Assembly (NCBI GenBank): GCA_036172245.1
Contig: JAYWIR010000040.1
Span: 1,116,001 to 1,180,000, forward strand
Direction of reading: 5' to 3'
Length of the DNA: 64,000 nucleotides
From: Raillietiella orientalis
Taxonomy: Eukaryota
Under the pieces are notes generated by a model. That model saw only the letters and a program-made list of their open reading frames with translations, was not told where the DNA came from and ran no database searches. The translations under genes and the position numbers were made by a program. This document shows positions 51,406 to 64,000 of the stretch, one piece after another (within the stretch, counting starts at the first letter, position 1; every line of letters begins with the position of its first letter).

Positions 51406-52443
51406 GCACTTAAGATTGTTTCGAAATTTCTGTTTGCACACGGTGCAACTTCAGCAAAACTGCTTGTGATGATCAAACTGGAATGGTCTGAAAATTGGAG
51501 TACTACTACAAGCAGATACTTCAAACCCTTTATTCACTTATTTATTTTTATCCCCTTTTTTCAAAAATCCAAGACGGCACGCATACAATATATTACAACA
51601 TATATGGATTCTCATTACTCGATGCATTACATGGTACAAATTAAAGCAATCTTCAGAATTGGTTCACGGGGACTCTTTTCGTTTGAAGATGAATTTGCAA
51701 GTTTACGAAAAATATTTGGATGAACCAAACGCGCTGGAAGTTTAGCGCCACAATGATCCGAAGAGCATTTCTTCCCACCGTTACTCTTCAAATTGTCTTT
51801 ATTATCCTTTGATACCACGGATTTTCATCTGTCCATTTGGTTTTTTTTTTTTTGTCTTTCCCCTCCCGAAGAGTTGTTCCCAGCCTGGCGATTTGCACGG
51901 GGGATCTGCAGATTCCTCAGCACCCTCACCCCAAGTTTCAACGGAACGAGACAGGATTGCCCATCGCTAGCTACAGCCCAAGAAAAGTTGTGGCTGCCTT
52001 TTCAAAGTCCACAGCATAATGACTGAAATTGACACATTTCCTGTTAACCCGGAAATTCCTGTCGACTGAATTCTGTCATCAGATTTCAAAGATGTCATTG
52101 TTTACCCAGTGGTTCAAGATACAGTAGCAGTAGACGTAGGTGCAAGAAAACGGCAATCGCCGCACAGCACACAATAACATGTTAAAATTCATTTGGTGAA
52201 ACATATAGGATGCATCAAATCGATCCCTAGGACTGCAACGTCATTGCATTTTCAAACAAGGAAACTCGCTCTGCGACTGCAATATAAGAGCATTCTAAGA
52301 CATGCTAATTCAAACATGATCGAAGGCAGCAATTATATTTACCAAGTGGATACGAACACAAGATCACGAGAATGCAGTACTTTCAGAAGCTTAGAAAGCT
52401 GGCTCAGATGCAAACCAGATCTCTAGGTTTGCATTTCCAGGAC

Positions 52444-52454
52444 CGATATCGATT
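52444..52454. promoter_or_regulatory. DRE-like element (CGATATCGATT), candidate housekeeping promoter for PTCD3 and a divergent transcript
   Basis: 7/8 match to the DREF site TATCGATA. A minus-strand acceptor TTTTCAG at 51488 suggests PTCD3 has an upstream non-coding exon. A plus-strand Inr-like TCAGTT (~52536) and donor CAG|GTAAGA (52633) lie on the other side. Confidence 0.35.
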
Positions 52455-55400
52455 TCTTGATTTGAGATGTGTGGGAAGAGTAATAGTATTTTTATACATG
52501 CAAAGATTTCCGGACTGATTTCCCTGATTTTTCAATCAGTTACAACTGCGTTTTTAACAAAAATTCTATATGAATAAACGTATGAAATTAACCTCGAGGT
52601 TACTCTGCTTTTCTGAACAGGCATTACTACAGGTAAGAAATTTTCCATAAAAGGAATTTTCGTACCGCTCAAACAGTTGCAGTTGTTGCATCATCCGTTT
52701 TGAAGCTGTCTTTTATGGAACCTAGATAGTGGCAGCGAAATATGGGAATATGAATGGGTCAAATTTTAGTGTCGGATTTTTTCTGGAAAAAAGCCTTCCC
52801 TGAACAGTTTACCTTGGCGGAGAGCACACGTCCCTTCCATTTGGATCTAGGAGTGTGCATTGCTTGCCTGAGGATCCTCATATTCTCGAGTGGTTCCATT
52901 AGAAGAAAAAAGTATTTGCAGACTTAATGGAATCAGGGTATTAGACAAAAAAAAAAAAAAAGAACCATTGATAGTGTAATTTCGAAAGCATGACTTGGGA
53001 GATGTGCTTATCTTGGGAAGCGTTGAATGGAAGCCAGGAAAAAGGTGGCTTATATGATAGTAAAGAATGGAATAGTAAGATTCTGATACTACGTCAGCCT
53101 CTATAATAATCTCGGAGTTTCCTAAAAATCCTAAAAAACTGAGGACATTTGTTGGTGAAGTGATTTTAAGAATCCATGTGTTGAATTCAATAGGTATTAA
53201 TTTTCTCTATGGCTTCAACTAACAGAGACATTTATGAAGATTCTAGAAGTTTCTCAATGTGTCGTGTAGATGCCAAGTTGTATTAGTGATCAAATAACAG
53301 TGACGTATTTGCAAGGATTAAACCCTGAAGTTGCTGAAAATAATCTTCAGAAATTATTATTTCGACTATTTGTGTTCATTCGGAAACATTTTGGGTGGCG
53401 AATATTAGTTTTTTCCATTTGGTATGGCAACTAAAAAGGCAAAAGATGATAAATATACGACTTATTATGATTAACACGAAAGTGAGTCTTTTTTTTTTCT
53501 CAAGGGAAACAGATTGAAAGTTGTGAACAAAACGATGTTACAATCACGCTACAACTCAATCCCACCTTACTTTCTTTTTCAAATGTTAAGAAATGGGAGC
53601 CTTTTGTATGATTTTCTCTCGAGCATCTCAGGTGCCTGAAAAAATGTCCAAATGCTAGTTGCTTTTTACATATGTCACTGAAGCATACTGGATGTCATCA
53701 TGCAAATGGTGCTGGTAGGGGGCGTGTAGGGAAGGAAGGGAACAGGTAGAAATGGTATGAATGCTCTTATGTATCCAGGAAAATTTCTACCAACCTATGG
53801 ACCAACAAACTCTAGGTTGTGGATGTTCCTCAGAGAGAGAGAGAGGTCAGTATGGAAAAAGTCCATTTTTCCAAGACAATTGTGTTTCCTGGAGCTGTGT
53901 GGTAGCATGAATGTGTTGATCTACTTATGGATCTCACCCGCTGTATTCAGTGAAAGAGAAAGTTCTGCCGATGCTGATGGGATGATGATTAAACAGTTCG
54001 AAACGCTTGGGAATCTCCGGTGCTCTTGCATGACCCCTATCCATCCAGAGTGCCTCTCTGAGTCCTGTTCTGCTTTAGAGACTAACTGTGCTTATCCAAT
54101 GCATCTCCCAGCAAGCTTATTGTATCCATGCGCAAAAAACAGTGCAGAAAGGTGCAGCTTCCTGCCCTTCGTTGGATTGTGTCTGCATTACGAGCACTTC
54201 AGATGCAATGGTTTGAGAGACCTACTTCGCAAGGCCTCCAGCTCTCATGATTCTTGATGAATCCATTCTTCAGGAACAGTCCCGGGACAACCGAAGGTAG
54301 CAGCAGTCCTCGTCTGTTTCGGCCTGACCAGAGGGGTGCAATCTGAACACATATCCTCGCGCGTCACAGAAGTTTCATGCAACATATATTCCACTGTTTT
54401 TGTGAATGCAAAGTTTTTCAGAGCGCTGTTCGAGGCCGCCCCCAAGCTGGCTCGTGTCCATCTTGTATGCCACTCTGCTCATGGTGTTTCAAGTGGCATA
54501 TAGCGTGTCTCCCGTCGGAGACTTAGTTTGCCCAAGTTTGTGCCAGCAGAGCATCCCCACCACACCCAAAATCGACCGCCGCACGCCTGCCGTGTGAACA
54601 TAGAAGAGCCCTCTCCCTCGCGGGAGATGCGGGTCTCCGCCAGCGGCAGGCTGAGACCTAGGTCCTGCTTCGTCTACTGATGGAGGTACGTGCAATCTCA
54701 GCAGATGTGGTTCTTGGCCATCCCGTACGCACTGCACTTCCGTCGTTCTGCGGGAGCAAACCCTCTCGAGCTCTTTCGTCTCTGCTGCAAAGTTTCAAAG
54801 TGGCCAGATCAGAAATGTGGCTCCGAACAAAAGGCGAGCGAGCCTCCTCCTGCGGCCATTCCGCGCGGGGTCAGTGCGTGGCACTTGCGCTCAGAGGGCG
54901 AGCCGATGGCAAAAAGAGAGAAAAGGACCGAAAATTGATGAAAATCAATTTTGTTCTTTCTTTCTCAACGAGCAGTTCAGTGAAATCCCTGGACCGTTCG
55001 GATTCGGAACTTGACAATGGATCCATGCTTCAGAGGTTGCAGGAACTTGTCCAAAGTAAGGATAAAATGGATGTAGATTACATTCCATGTTTTAGATTGC
55101 CTTCCGGGCTCGATCGGTCAATGCAATCGAACACGCGATACCGTTTTCGTTGACACTGTGTTTCCGTATTCGCGCGGGCGAAGGGACATATCAGATCTCT
55201 TGTAAGTGGTTGCAATGGCTCTTTCGCGTGGTAATTGGGAGAAACCGACAAACCTTTACTTCAGGCATAATTGTGTGGCGTGTCCCGAGCGACTCATTAT
55301 AGCAACCAACAGCGGAATGCGTGGTTACGAACCATCCCGTTGCCACCACTCAAGTGGCTCACTGTTCGGCAATCCATGTCTTCTGCTCGCGGCTGCTCAG

Positions 55401-58400
55401 GCTAAGAGAAAACTTCGCCATCACTCCCATAATTATCGCTCGGATCACTCTCCGGCAACTGCCAGAGAAGCTCTTCCATGCCAGGCGGAAGCGCAGAACC
55501 CGAAAAAGTGAGGGAATTCCTTCCATTTGCGTGGCGCCGAAGGCGTCTTCCCGTTGGCGGGGAGGCTGGAAAGTGATTTTTCAAAACCGCGATCACCAGA
55601 GAGGCCCTCTCATCGAACACACAGTGCCCATCGCGATGTGTTGCAAAACTCCGTCGGTTTCCAGTGTGACCTCGCCGTTCCGTTTTTTTTTTTTTTTTTT
55701 TGTTTTTCCTTTTCAGTCTTCGCTCGCTATTTTGAGCAAAGTACAATTCGGTTTAGGAAAAACCTGGATCCGGTCATGGAATGGATAAGAGAAAATACGA
55801 AATTACTGTGCTTCCTGTTGGCTACACACACAACATCCTGGAGCGGAAAAGGAAAGAAAAAAGAAAAAAAGGAAGGAAAGAAACAGCGAAAATTCCACGT
55901 GCTCTTTTTTTTTTTTTATTTTCCATCTCGTTTCTTTCGAGGCGTGTTCGGGTGCACGGTTACGGGAAGGACACTTTTCTCGATCCCCGTAGCAACCGTG
56001 CGAGCAGGGCGTTTCGGGGACTTTCCCATCGCACACCCAAGCGACACCGAGAGGACACCGAAAAAAAAAAAGAAAAAAGGGAAAATCAGGGAAGGCACCG
56101 GACCGCCTCTTCACCCGAAGGTTATCGACGAACCGTCAGGCAGTCGGGAAGGGCCCGGTCGCCGGTTTCGTTTTTTCGGACGCCAGCGGCCCTGTTTTCG
56201 TGTTGGCCTCCGGAACACGAAATCGCCCCCATGCGGTCAAGCCCCACGATCCAGCTTGCCGAACACTGTGGCGCCGCTGCCGTTGGGGGGTGGAAAGCGT
56301 CGCTGGACATTCGCCCCAGCATCTCGAGGATCTCGTTCCTCGTTGTTCTGTTTGCTTCGCCTCCTCCGCGAATTGCACCTCGAGCCGCACGCGTGTTCCG
56401 CGGCAGAGGACGGACAGTTCCCGCCGAAAATGATGACGACGCAGGGCGCAGGCGACGACGCGGCCGAAGACTCCATCCAAACTCCTCCTCCCCTTCTTTT
56501 TCTTCTTCTTCTTCTTCACAAGTCGTTGGATTTTCAAGTTGGATTCATGAATTTATAAGAGAGATGCATTTGGAACTGTTGTGAAATCATGGACGAGAGA
56601 GCCCTAAGTAGTTCGCCATCGGTCGATCAGAAGGTAGCAGCAGTTCTGCGAATAAAAACGAAGGCATGAGGAAAGCAATAACCCATTAACGAAGGCAGCT
56701 GACATCACTAATGAGAGCCAGCCAGCGGCAGCCAGCCACAACCAGCGTCAATTAAATGGAAGCGTAAACGTATGCAGAGAGAGAGAGAGAGAGAGAAAGA
56801 GTTCTTCCTGAAGAACGGGAAAGTACGCAATAAATCGGACGATACCGGGAACACCCATGAGGCGCAACGGAGAGTGCACGAAATGAAAAGAACCCACCGA
56901 AACGGAAGAACTTTCGGAGTCCAGAAGTTTTCCTTCAAGACGGACAGTTCAAACACGGGGAGGAGGAACTCGACTTGGTCGCGAGGAACGGGAAGGGAAG
57001 GAAAAAGGAAAGGAATTTCGAAATGGAATCCTTCGAGGGGGAGCAGCGCAGCAGCGACGGGCCCAGGGAAAAGTTGCTGTCGCCGAAGAGGGCGGGCGGA
57101 AGTTGCTCTGGAGGCAGCAACGCGTGTGCCCGCCACTGGGCCCCACAGAATGGGCTCCCGGCAAGGCAGCAAGCGAGAGGACGTGCCGGGCAGGACGTGC
57201 ACGGGCGCGGACGGCTGCTGCTGCAGCGGGCGGAAGCGCGCGCGATTATTGAAATCCCGAAGAAGGATGTTGAGGGCGGTGGAACGTTCGAGCATTTCGT
57301 CGGGCGTCCGCCGCCGAAACGCCTTTTGTGCGCCACCGCTGAGAGTCTGCGCTTTCCGCTCGGAGCGGCGACTGCCCGGCCGCCTCCTCCCTTGCCCCGC
57401 CGGGCTTCCCTGCTGCTCTGGCGTCCGGGGAACCCGAATTCGACGCCGTTCCCATTCCGCAGCATCCTTTCGCGGATGGCGCCATTCCCCGAGACCGATT
57501 TTTTTTTTTTTTTCCTTTTTGGCTTTTCAAAGTTTGGGTGGCGAGGACGCGTGGGAAGGATCGCTGCGGCTCGCCCCCGGTCCCGCGTGTCCTCGCTTCG
57601 GCAACCCTCACCTCGAACGGAAGCGGAAACGGGTGCGGATTCCTTCCAGTTTGCGTGGCTGGCACGCGTGGGTCTTCTTCTTCCCCGAGGAAAGCGTTCG
57701 TTAGCCGCCGCGGTGTTGACGAACCCCTTTCGCTGTAGCGGCGGCCGCGGCCAAAAGGACGGGGTCCTCTCGGGGCGTGCGGGCGCGCGTTCCGGCGCGA
57801 CGTGAGGGGCGCGGGGGTGGAAGCTTCTCGCGGGTCGCGCCGGGACGCCCCGCGAGAGGTCCTCGAGCTGAGGTGGCGTCGGCGGCGAGCAGGGCGCGTT
57901 CGGGAGCGGGGAGGGCGTGGGGCTTCCCCCTGCGATCCGTCCGCCCAGACGCGAGCGCCCGGAAGCCTTCCCGGCGCCCCTGCGGCCGGAACCGCCTCGC
58001 CGTGTTCCCTCTGCGCGGGAGGCGGAGGTGACTCGCCGGGAGGCTTAACGGTCGTCCTCTCGAGCGCGTGAATTCCTCCGCCGGAGACGAAGGGGGAGGA
58101 CAGATTGCCCGCTTCCTTGCTCCGACCGTTCCGCCGAGCGCTGGGTTGCGACCAGAGGAATTCGAAAGAGGGGAGGGAAGAGGAGAGAATCCTGCCCTCG
58201 AGACATGTGAATGACATCTGATGGGTAAGTGTTGGGGGCAGGGAGAGAGCTGCTTGGACGATCTGCGAGCTCTGGGGAGGGGAACGGTTCTTCTTGCCTC
58301 CGTTTCCTCTCTGCCGCCTTTTTCGTGTGTTCCTTCTCCCCCCCCCCTCACAAAGGCGGGCAAGAAATAGAGCCGACCGTCGCCCGCTCCACGGCTGTGG

Positions 58401-61400
58401 GGTGCTTCCGTCGACCCCCCGAAATATCGATTACCTCATTCCTCCGCACATATGATTTTCCGAGATGAATTAACGAAAACCCTCAGGTAAGACCACCGAT
58501 ACGGTCGCTAGAGAACGTCCCTGCACCGGTCGAGGACCTTGCTCCGCACCCGTGTCCCAGATGCAAGATGCGAAGGGAGAACGGGATGTTGGAACAGATA
58601 CCTTCCTGATGTGCTCTTGCTGGCGGGATTCCTTCTGCCCAAGGGTGAAGCGGCAATGGACTGCGTTTGTCTTCCTTTCCTCTGCCTGACCTCTTGCAGA
58701 GGACCTGGCGAGCGTTCAAAGACGGCGGGCGACCGTCCAGAATGGCGGCTCTTTTCCCTCTCCTTGCAGCACCGCGAGTCGGATCTGAGGGTCTGAAAAT
58801 CGGAACCGGGTCTGAACCACCAGCTAGGGGTTCTCTCCCGAGTAGCCTTTTGGATATGTGCTGCCATCTCGTCGCGGCTGGGTGAAACGAAAGACCTGGT
58901 GCGGATGAGATGGCTCGGGATGCGTGCGGGCGATTCCTTGGACTCCACAGGCACAGTTCCTGGATGGACATAACTCGTTAGAGAAAGAGTCCGATCTGCG
59001 ACGCATTTTTGAACTGGAACTCACTGAACCAGAACCCTACGTGCTCCCTGCTAAGGAGCAAGTCCGTCCTTCTGCCGCAGTGCTGCAGCACGCAAGCCAC
59101 GCCTATAGCAGAGCGTTGCTTTATAGGGGAGAGAGCCATAGTGGAAGGTATGCGCCCACTGCCAGAGGCTCTTGAGGTCAGCTGAGCCTCATTGCAATGA
59201 GAGGACCGTGAAAAAGGATTTATCGAACCATTTTGCGCTTCAGGATGGTACTCAACCCTCATGCCTTCGACTTCCTGGAGCCCCGAGGCGTTCCGGAAGG
59301 TCGACGGCCCTGTTGAAGGGCACTGTATCGTCCTCGCTAGGCTGGGAGTCCTGACCCCGAGGCACACGGAGCCTCAGAGGCTCTTTCCGAAGACTTGCCC
59401 CCCCCTTCCGGTAGCGCAACGGCCGAGCGAACCCTGTCGTCTCTTCCCGAGCGCAACGCCCTCAGGCATGCAAATGTTCGCGAGGCAGGCTGGCGTCCCT
59501 ACTTCCTCGCAGCCTCCTCGGGATGCAGCCCTTCCGCCTTTCTCTGCAGCGGACGACCTCCTCGCCGGAGGAGCGTCCCTGGATCTCCAGCATGCGCGAG
59601 CACCAACCACTCCGCGTGGCTGCATAAATCCGCCGACGCCCGGGCGCGTGCACTGTGCACTTTCCCCGGAGACCGCCATCCCTTCGGGGTCGACCGAGAG
59701 CTGCTCCCCTCACAGAAGGGAGAGGGACCGACTCGCTCACCGGCGACACCCGCTACCCGGAAAAGGGTCGGGCCAACCGGAAGGGCGGGGAGCTCCCCGT
59801 AAAAATGACGGAAGGGGGAAGCTGGCCGCAGCCCCCTCCTCTCCTGACCGGCACTCCTTCGGGCCCCGTGGTTTTCCCTTTGCAGGACTCGTCCGCGGCC
59901 CTGAGATGGCTGCGGCAACGCTGCGTGGCACGTCGTGGTGGTACGTCCGAAGGCAGGGACACCCCGTGAGGTCGGGAAGGGCCGCTCCCCTGGCCGCATC
60001 CACGGCGCAGCGTCACAGAAAGTGTCCTCACTCAAACGCAGGCGTGGCGCAAGACCTCAGGGCGGCAGGACTGAACTGCGCGCGTGACGGCGACCTCTCC
60101 CTACCCCCCCCCCCTCCTGCTCAGTCATGCGCGTCCACTCCCTGATCGTCCTCCCCTCCTTGCCCTTCCGGACCACTCCAAGTGGGACCGGGTAAGGAGA
60201 GTCCGCCTGCCCGTGGCTGCACCGGGCCAGGGGTCGCCTCCTACCTGACCTCTGATTCGGATCGCGCAGATAGCAGGAGACCAGGGGGTTCTGTCCACCT
60301 CCTCACTCCCCCGCAAATCTCCCACTCTCGGCTAATGCTCCCCAAGGCTGCTCAAAAAAAAACGTTCCACTTGATCCGAGCTGCGAAGAATGGCGCTCTG
60401 CTTTCTTACCGGTCGCCACTGGCACCAAATCCGGAAAACACCCCCTTGTGGGTCCCCTGCTGCTACTGGTTGCCCTCCCGCCTGCGGGAGACCTCGGTGC
60501 AGGCGCACACGGGGGTGTGTGCGCGATGAGCAGCGCCCGCTGGGTCGGTTGGGGAGGGTCCATGGGGGGAATTGCGGATCGGGGTCGGAAAGGTCGCTCG
60601 CGTGCGGACTCCGGGGATCGCGCAGGGGAAGGTCGGGGGAGGAGGGACAATCGGCTGACCTCGGTCCCTGGGATGCTCGGGAAGCGGCGAGGACGACCTT
60701 GCGGTTCTTGGCCGGCGGAGGCGGACTGCGGCTCTCGCCGGAGGACGGCAGCACCGGTCCGTCTGCGGCTACTCTCGTCCGCCGCCGCCCGACTGCATAT
60801 TCGGAGGAGGATCCAGATGGAGGAAGGGGGGGGGGAGAAGGGGAGAGGGAATGACTCCTCCCTCCCCCTTCCTCCTTTCCGATGCTCCAGAGGAGATGCG
60901 CCCTTCCGCGCGGAGCTCTCCCGGAAGACTCCGGGTGGCAGTCAGGGGCGGGAAGCGCCTCCAGGCCGGTAGGAGGCGTGGCCGCTCGCGCCGCCCTCGT
61001 GCGAGTTTCGGAGGAGCGGCACCCAAGTGGGACACTGGGACGAAAGGCGGGCTCGGTACCCTTGGAACTCCTTTCCCTTCCTTGCGGACACTTCCGCCCC
61101 GAGGGCGCGGAAGCGGGAACGCGTGGGAGACCTGCCAGACCTCCCCCGTGAGCAGCCGGTGGTAGCCCTCGTTCTCCGACCACGCGTGTCTGGACGACCC
61201 TTGGAGGCTCCTCCTGGACAAGCAGCTGCTCCCTGAGCGTCTAGGACCCGGGGGGAGGGGGAGGCTTTCACGTGACCATGCGGGGGCTGTTACGGAGGGG
61301 AGACTGAGAAAACTACGTTTGAGAGACTACGAAACGCGGGGGGGAGGCGTTCTCTCCGGGACCGCGAGCGTTTCGGCGTCAGCTCCCGGAACCCACGGGA

Positions 61401-64000
61401 AAAGGAGTGAAAGGTTGCAGGAGGGAGCCGAGCGCCCGCGAAGAGGGCGACGTCGGAGCAAAGGGGCGGGGTGGGCGCTCGCCTGGTCCGAGAGCTGAGG
61501 CGGAAGTTGGGGCAGGAGGAGGGACTGGCGAGCGCTGCGGGGGGCTGCAGGGACTCCCCCAGGGACTTCGCTGAGCCGCCAACCAGGATGCCTGGAGCCA
61601 ACGCGCCGACCGAGCTGCGACGCGTTCAATCGCGCGGGAAAGGCGGATGGGAGCAGGGTGTGGTCAGACGCTCCCCCTCTCTGTCTGCCCCTACATCCCG
61701 GCCGGAGGGGGGTGGCGGGTGCCGGAAGACGCGTCACCAGCACGGCGGGTCGCGAGGAGTCGCCCTCGGGACAGGAACGGAGCCGAGAAGCAAGCATGCT
61801 GACCCTTCCCCCGAGAAAGCGGGGGGAGAGGAGAGCCTCGCTCCTCCTCTCCCCTCCTTCCCTGCGGGCCTCCCGGAGCGAAGGCGGAGGGAGACGCCGG
61901 GGAGCTGCGTGCACTTTGCCCCGTCGCCATCGGTGATGCTGCTGTTGGCGACCCCTCGCTTTCCCCGGATTCCTGAAGGTTTGAAGACACTGGAGGGCAT
62001 CCTTTGAAGTCGGAAGGGGGGACGACGACGACAACGTGGAGGGGGACGCATGAGCGGAATTCCTCCCGGACGGCCTCCCTGCGCGAGAGAAAAAGGGCGA
62101 TCAGCCCCTATAGAAGGTCGCGATCCGCCTCCGCGGAAGAGGCGCTGTCTGTCTCTTCTCCCACACCCTCTTCTTATCTTCCCCGCGAGTCTCTGAGAGA
62201 GGGGTGGCCCGCCGAGCCGCGGGCAGGCTCAGGACGACCCTGCTGCAGCCTTTTTTTCCCAGCCTGAGGGTGCTCGAACCGCTCGAGGGAGAATCCCCCC
62301 ACGCGTGGTTGGGGCCGGTCGCCGTGACCTCCCAACTCCCTCCCACTCCCCTCCACTGCCTATTCTCGAGACCGGCGCGCTTTCCCGCACCCAAGACGCC
62401 GTGTCTCCGTGGCGACCACTTGGGTTGGAGGGGACGGACTCCCGCGAGCGTGCTCAATGGGGAGGCAGCACGGAACGGCCCGGGGGCGGTCCGACTTCCT
62501 CGAAGGTCGCTCTCGGTTGAGGGCCAAGGGGCAAGGAGGACTCGGAAACACCGTTCCGTCCTGCCAGTGTCTCCGGACAGCGGGAGGAGTCCCGGGAAGG
62601 CAGGGGAGAAGGAAGGGATGGAGGAGGGAGGGAAGCAGGACCGAGCAGCAGCACAGGTGAGGGTCCTCCGGCGAGGGATCGGAGTCCTTACCGGCGCGGG
62701 CGACCCGCTGGAGCGAGTCGGAGGACGCTCCTTGGGGACACCCTCCGGCCGAGAAGACGGCCGAGTGCGCCGGGAAAGAGCGACAAGGACCTCGAGAGGT
62801 CTCGAGCAATCCTTCAGGAATCGGAGGCGCCGAGGGGAGAATGAAAAAGGGGGAAGTCGGGAGCGGCTTCCCTCTCTCTCGAGGTATCGAAAATCCTCCT
62901 CTTCCCCCACTCCTGGAGGCGATCCGGTGGGAGGAGAACGCGCGCGACTCCTCCCGAGTACTCCTCCGATGTGCTCAGAGGGGAGCTCCTCCGGGGGCGA
63001 CGCTTCTTTCCGGGACCGATCGCGCGGGCTTCCATGGCGGCGGACGGTGGGCGGAGAACTCTGCCCGGGGGGGGCAGAGGCGATGCCGACGAATCAGCTA
63101 TCCTTTCTCCTGCTCTCCCTCTTCCTCCCTCCCGCACGCGTCCCTCCCTTTCCCCCTCAACAGATCTCTGCAATGCTCCGGGAAGGGAACGAGCGAAGAG
63201 CGAGGCAGTGCCCTCTTGACCGGCGCCGAGACGGGTTCCTTCTCGTTTCACAACCCTCCGATAGATGCCGGCGGGAGCTCCTTTCGTATTCGTAGCCTCG
63301 CGTTGGGAGATCTCTCTCCTCTACTCTTAGACCGTCCCTCCCTCTTCCCCTGCTCTGACCACTTCCCGGCCTTTGTCTCGGGAGGTTGAAAGCCACAGGG
63401 ACGTAGTTGAGGACGGCATAGAGAAGGGAACGCCCGTGTTTCCCGTCCCCTCAAGAGATCGTTTCTGGGATCGGACCTCTCCTCGAAAATGCCTCCGTGA
63501 GTTGGTTCTTTTCCTTCTCCTGCCCCCTAAGTCTCTCTTCGAGGGCTGGGGGTTCGCGCTCGTGCGGCGAGCCTTGGGGCACAAGCGTGAGGCGTCGTGG
63601 AAGGCCACTGCAAAAGGAAGCACAGCGGAGAATGCCGTTCGTCCACGCCACATCCCGTTCCCCTAGGACGCTAGGCCGTGGAGACGCACCTCGAGGCAGG
63701 AAGAGAGACGAACCATACCAGCTCGCCCCCGAGTACCGGAATGGTCGTCATGGAGACTTCGGAACCGGTAGGGAAGGCGCAAGAAATACGGAAAGCCCCA
63801 CATTCCGCTATCCGGTGAACGCATCTCCTTCCTTGCTGGATGATGTGGCAACCCTGTCGGGAAGCGCCGTCTTCCGCGTCCAGTTGGGATCCCCCGAACT
63901 TTTGGGGGCAGGGAAAGCGGGCGACGCGCTCCCTTCTTCCCCCCCCCCCGCATGAACGGTTGCAGGGAAACGATGTGCGGCTTCCCGGGGGGAGGCTGGG

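Noticed and set aside
53757..54737. Cys-rich 166-aa ORF and neighbouring short ORFs
   Set aside because: No recognisable domain, spans an (AG)n tract, and adjacent frames are interrupted by stops; cannot be supported as CDS.
1..64000. CRISPR arrays, rRNA/tRNA genes, transposase/RT/integrase ORFs, prokaryotic operons
   Set aside because: No regularly spaced repeats, no recognisable structural RNA genes and no TE protein motifs seen; all real genes are spliceosomal.

Overview
Eukaryotic, intron-containing animal DNA, most likely arthropod (the H2B N-terminus is Drosophila-like and the PTCD3, CBR and Cdc25 motifs look insect-like). Most ORFs in the supplied track are spurious. By splicing manually (GT-AG sites, phase-consistent) I recover five genes: LRRFIP2-like (+, ~5.4-10.3 kb, first exon uncertain), carbonyl reductase (+, 15.3-16.7 kb), Cdc25/string (-, 39.4-42.5 kb), histone stem-loop binding protein SLBP (+, 44.0-44.8 kb) and PTCD3/mS39 (-, 44.9-51.4 kb). 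There is also a frameshifted orphan H2B pseudogene (-, 12 kb). The most interesting architecture is Cdc25 and SLBP head-to-head around an E2F/CCAAT/forkhead motif cluster, with SLBP and PTCD3 tail-to-tail only 58 nt apart. The window is a sharp mosaic of CpG-depleted AT-rich housekeeping gene bodies and CpG-rich GC-rich domains, including a ~22 kb stretch 3' of Cdc25 with no recognisable gene that carries a duplicated two-hairpin element. Introns are often tiny (41-61 nt). I recognised no CRISPR array, rRNA, tRNA or intact transposon. I did not find a wholly new system; the novelty claims below are hypotheses.
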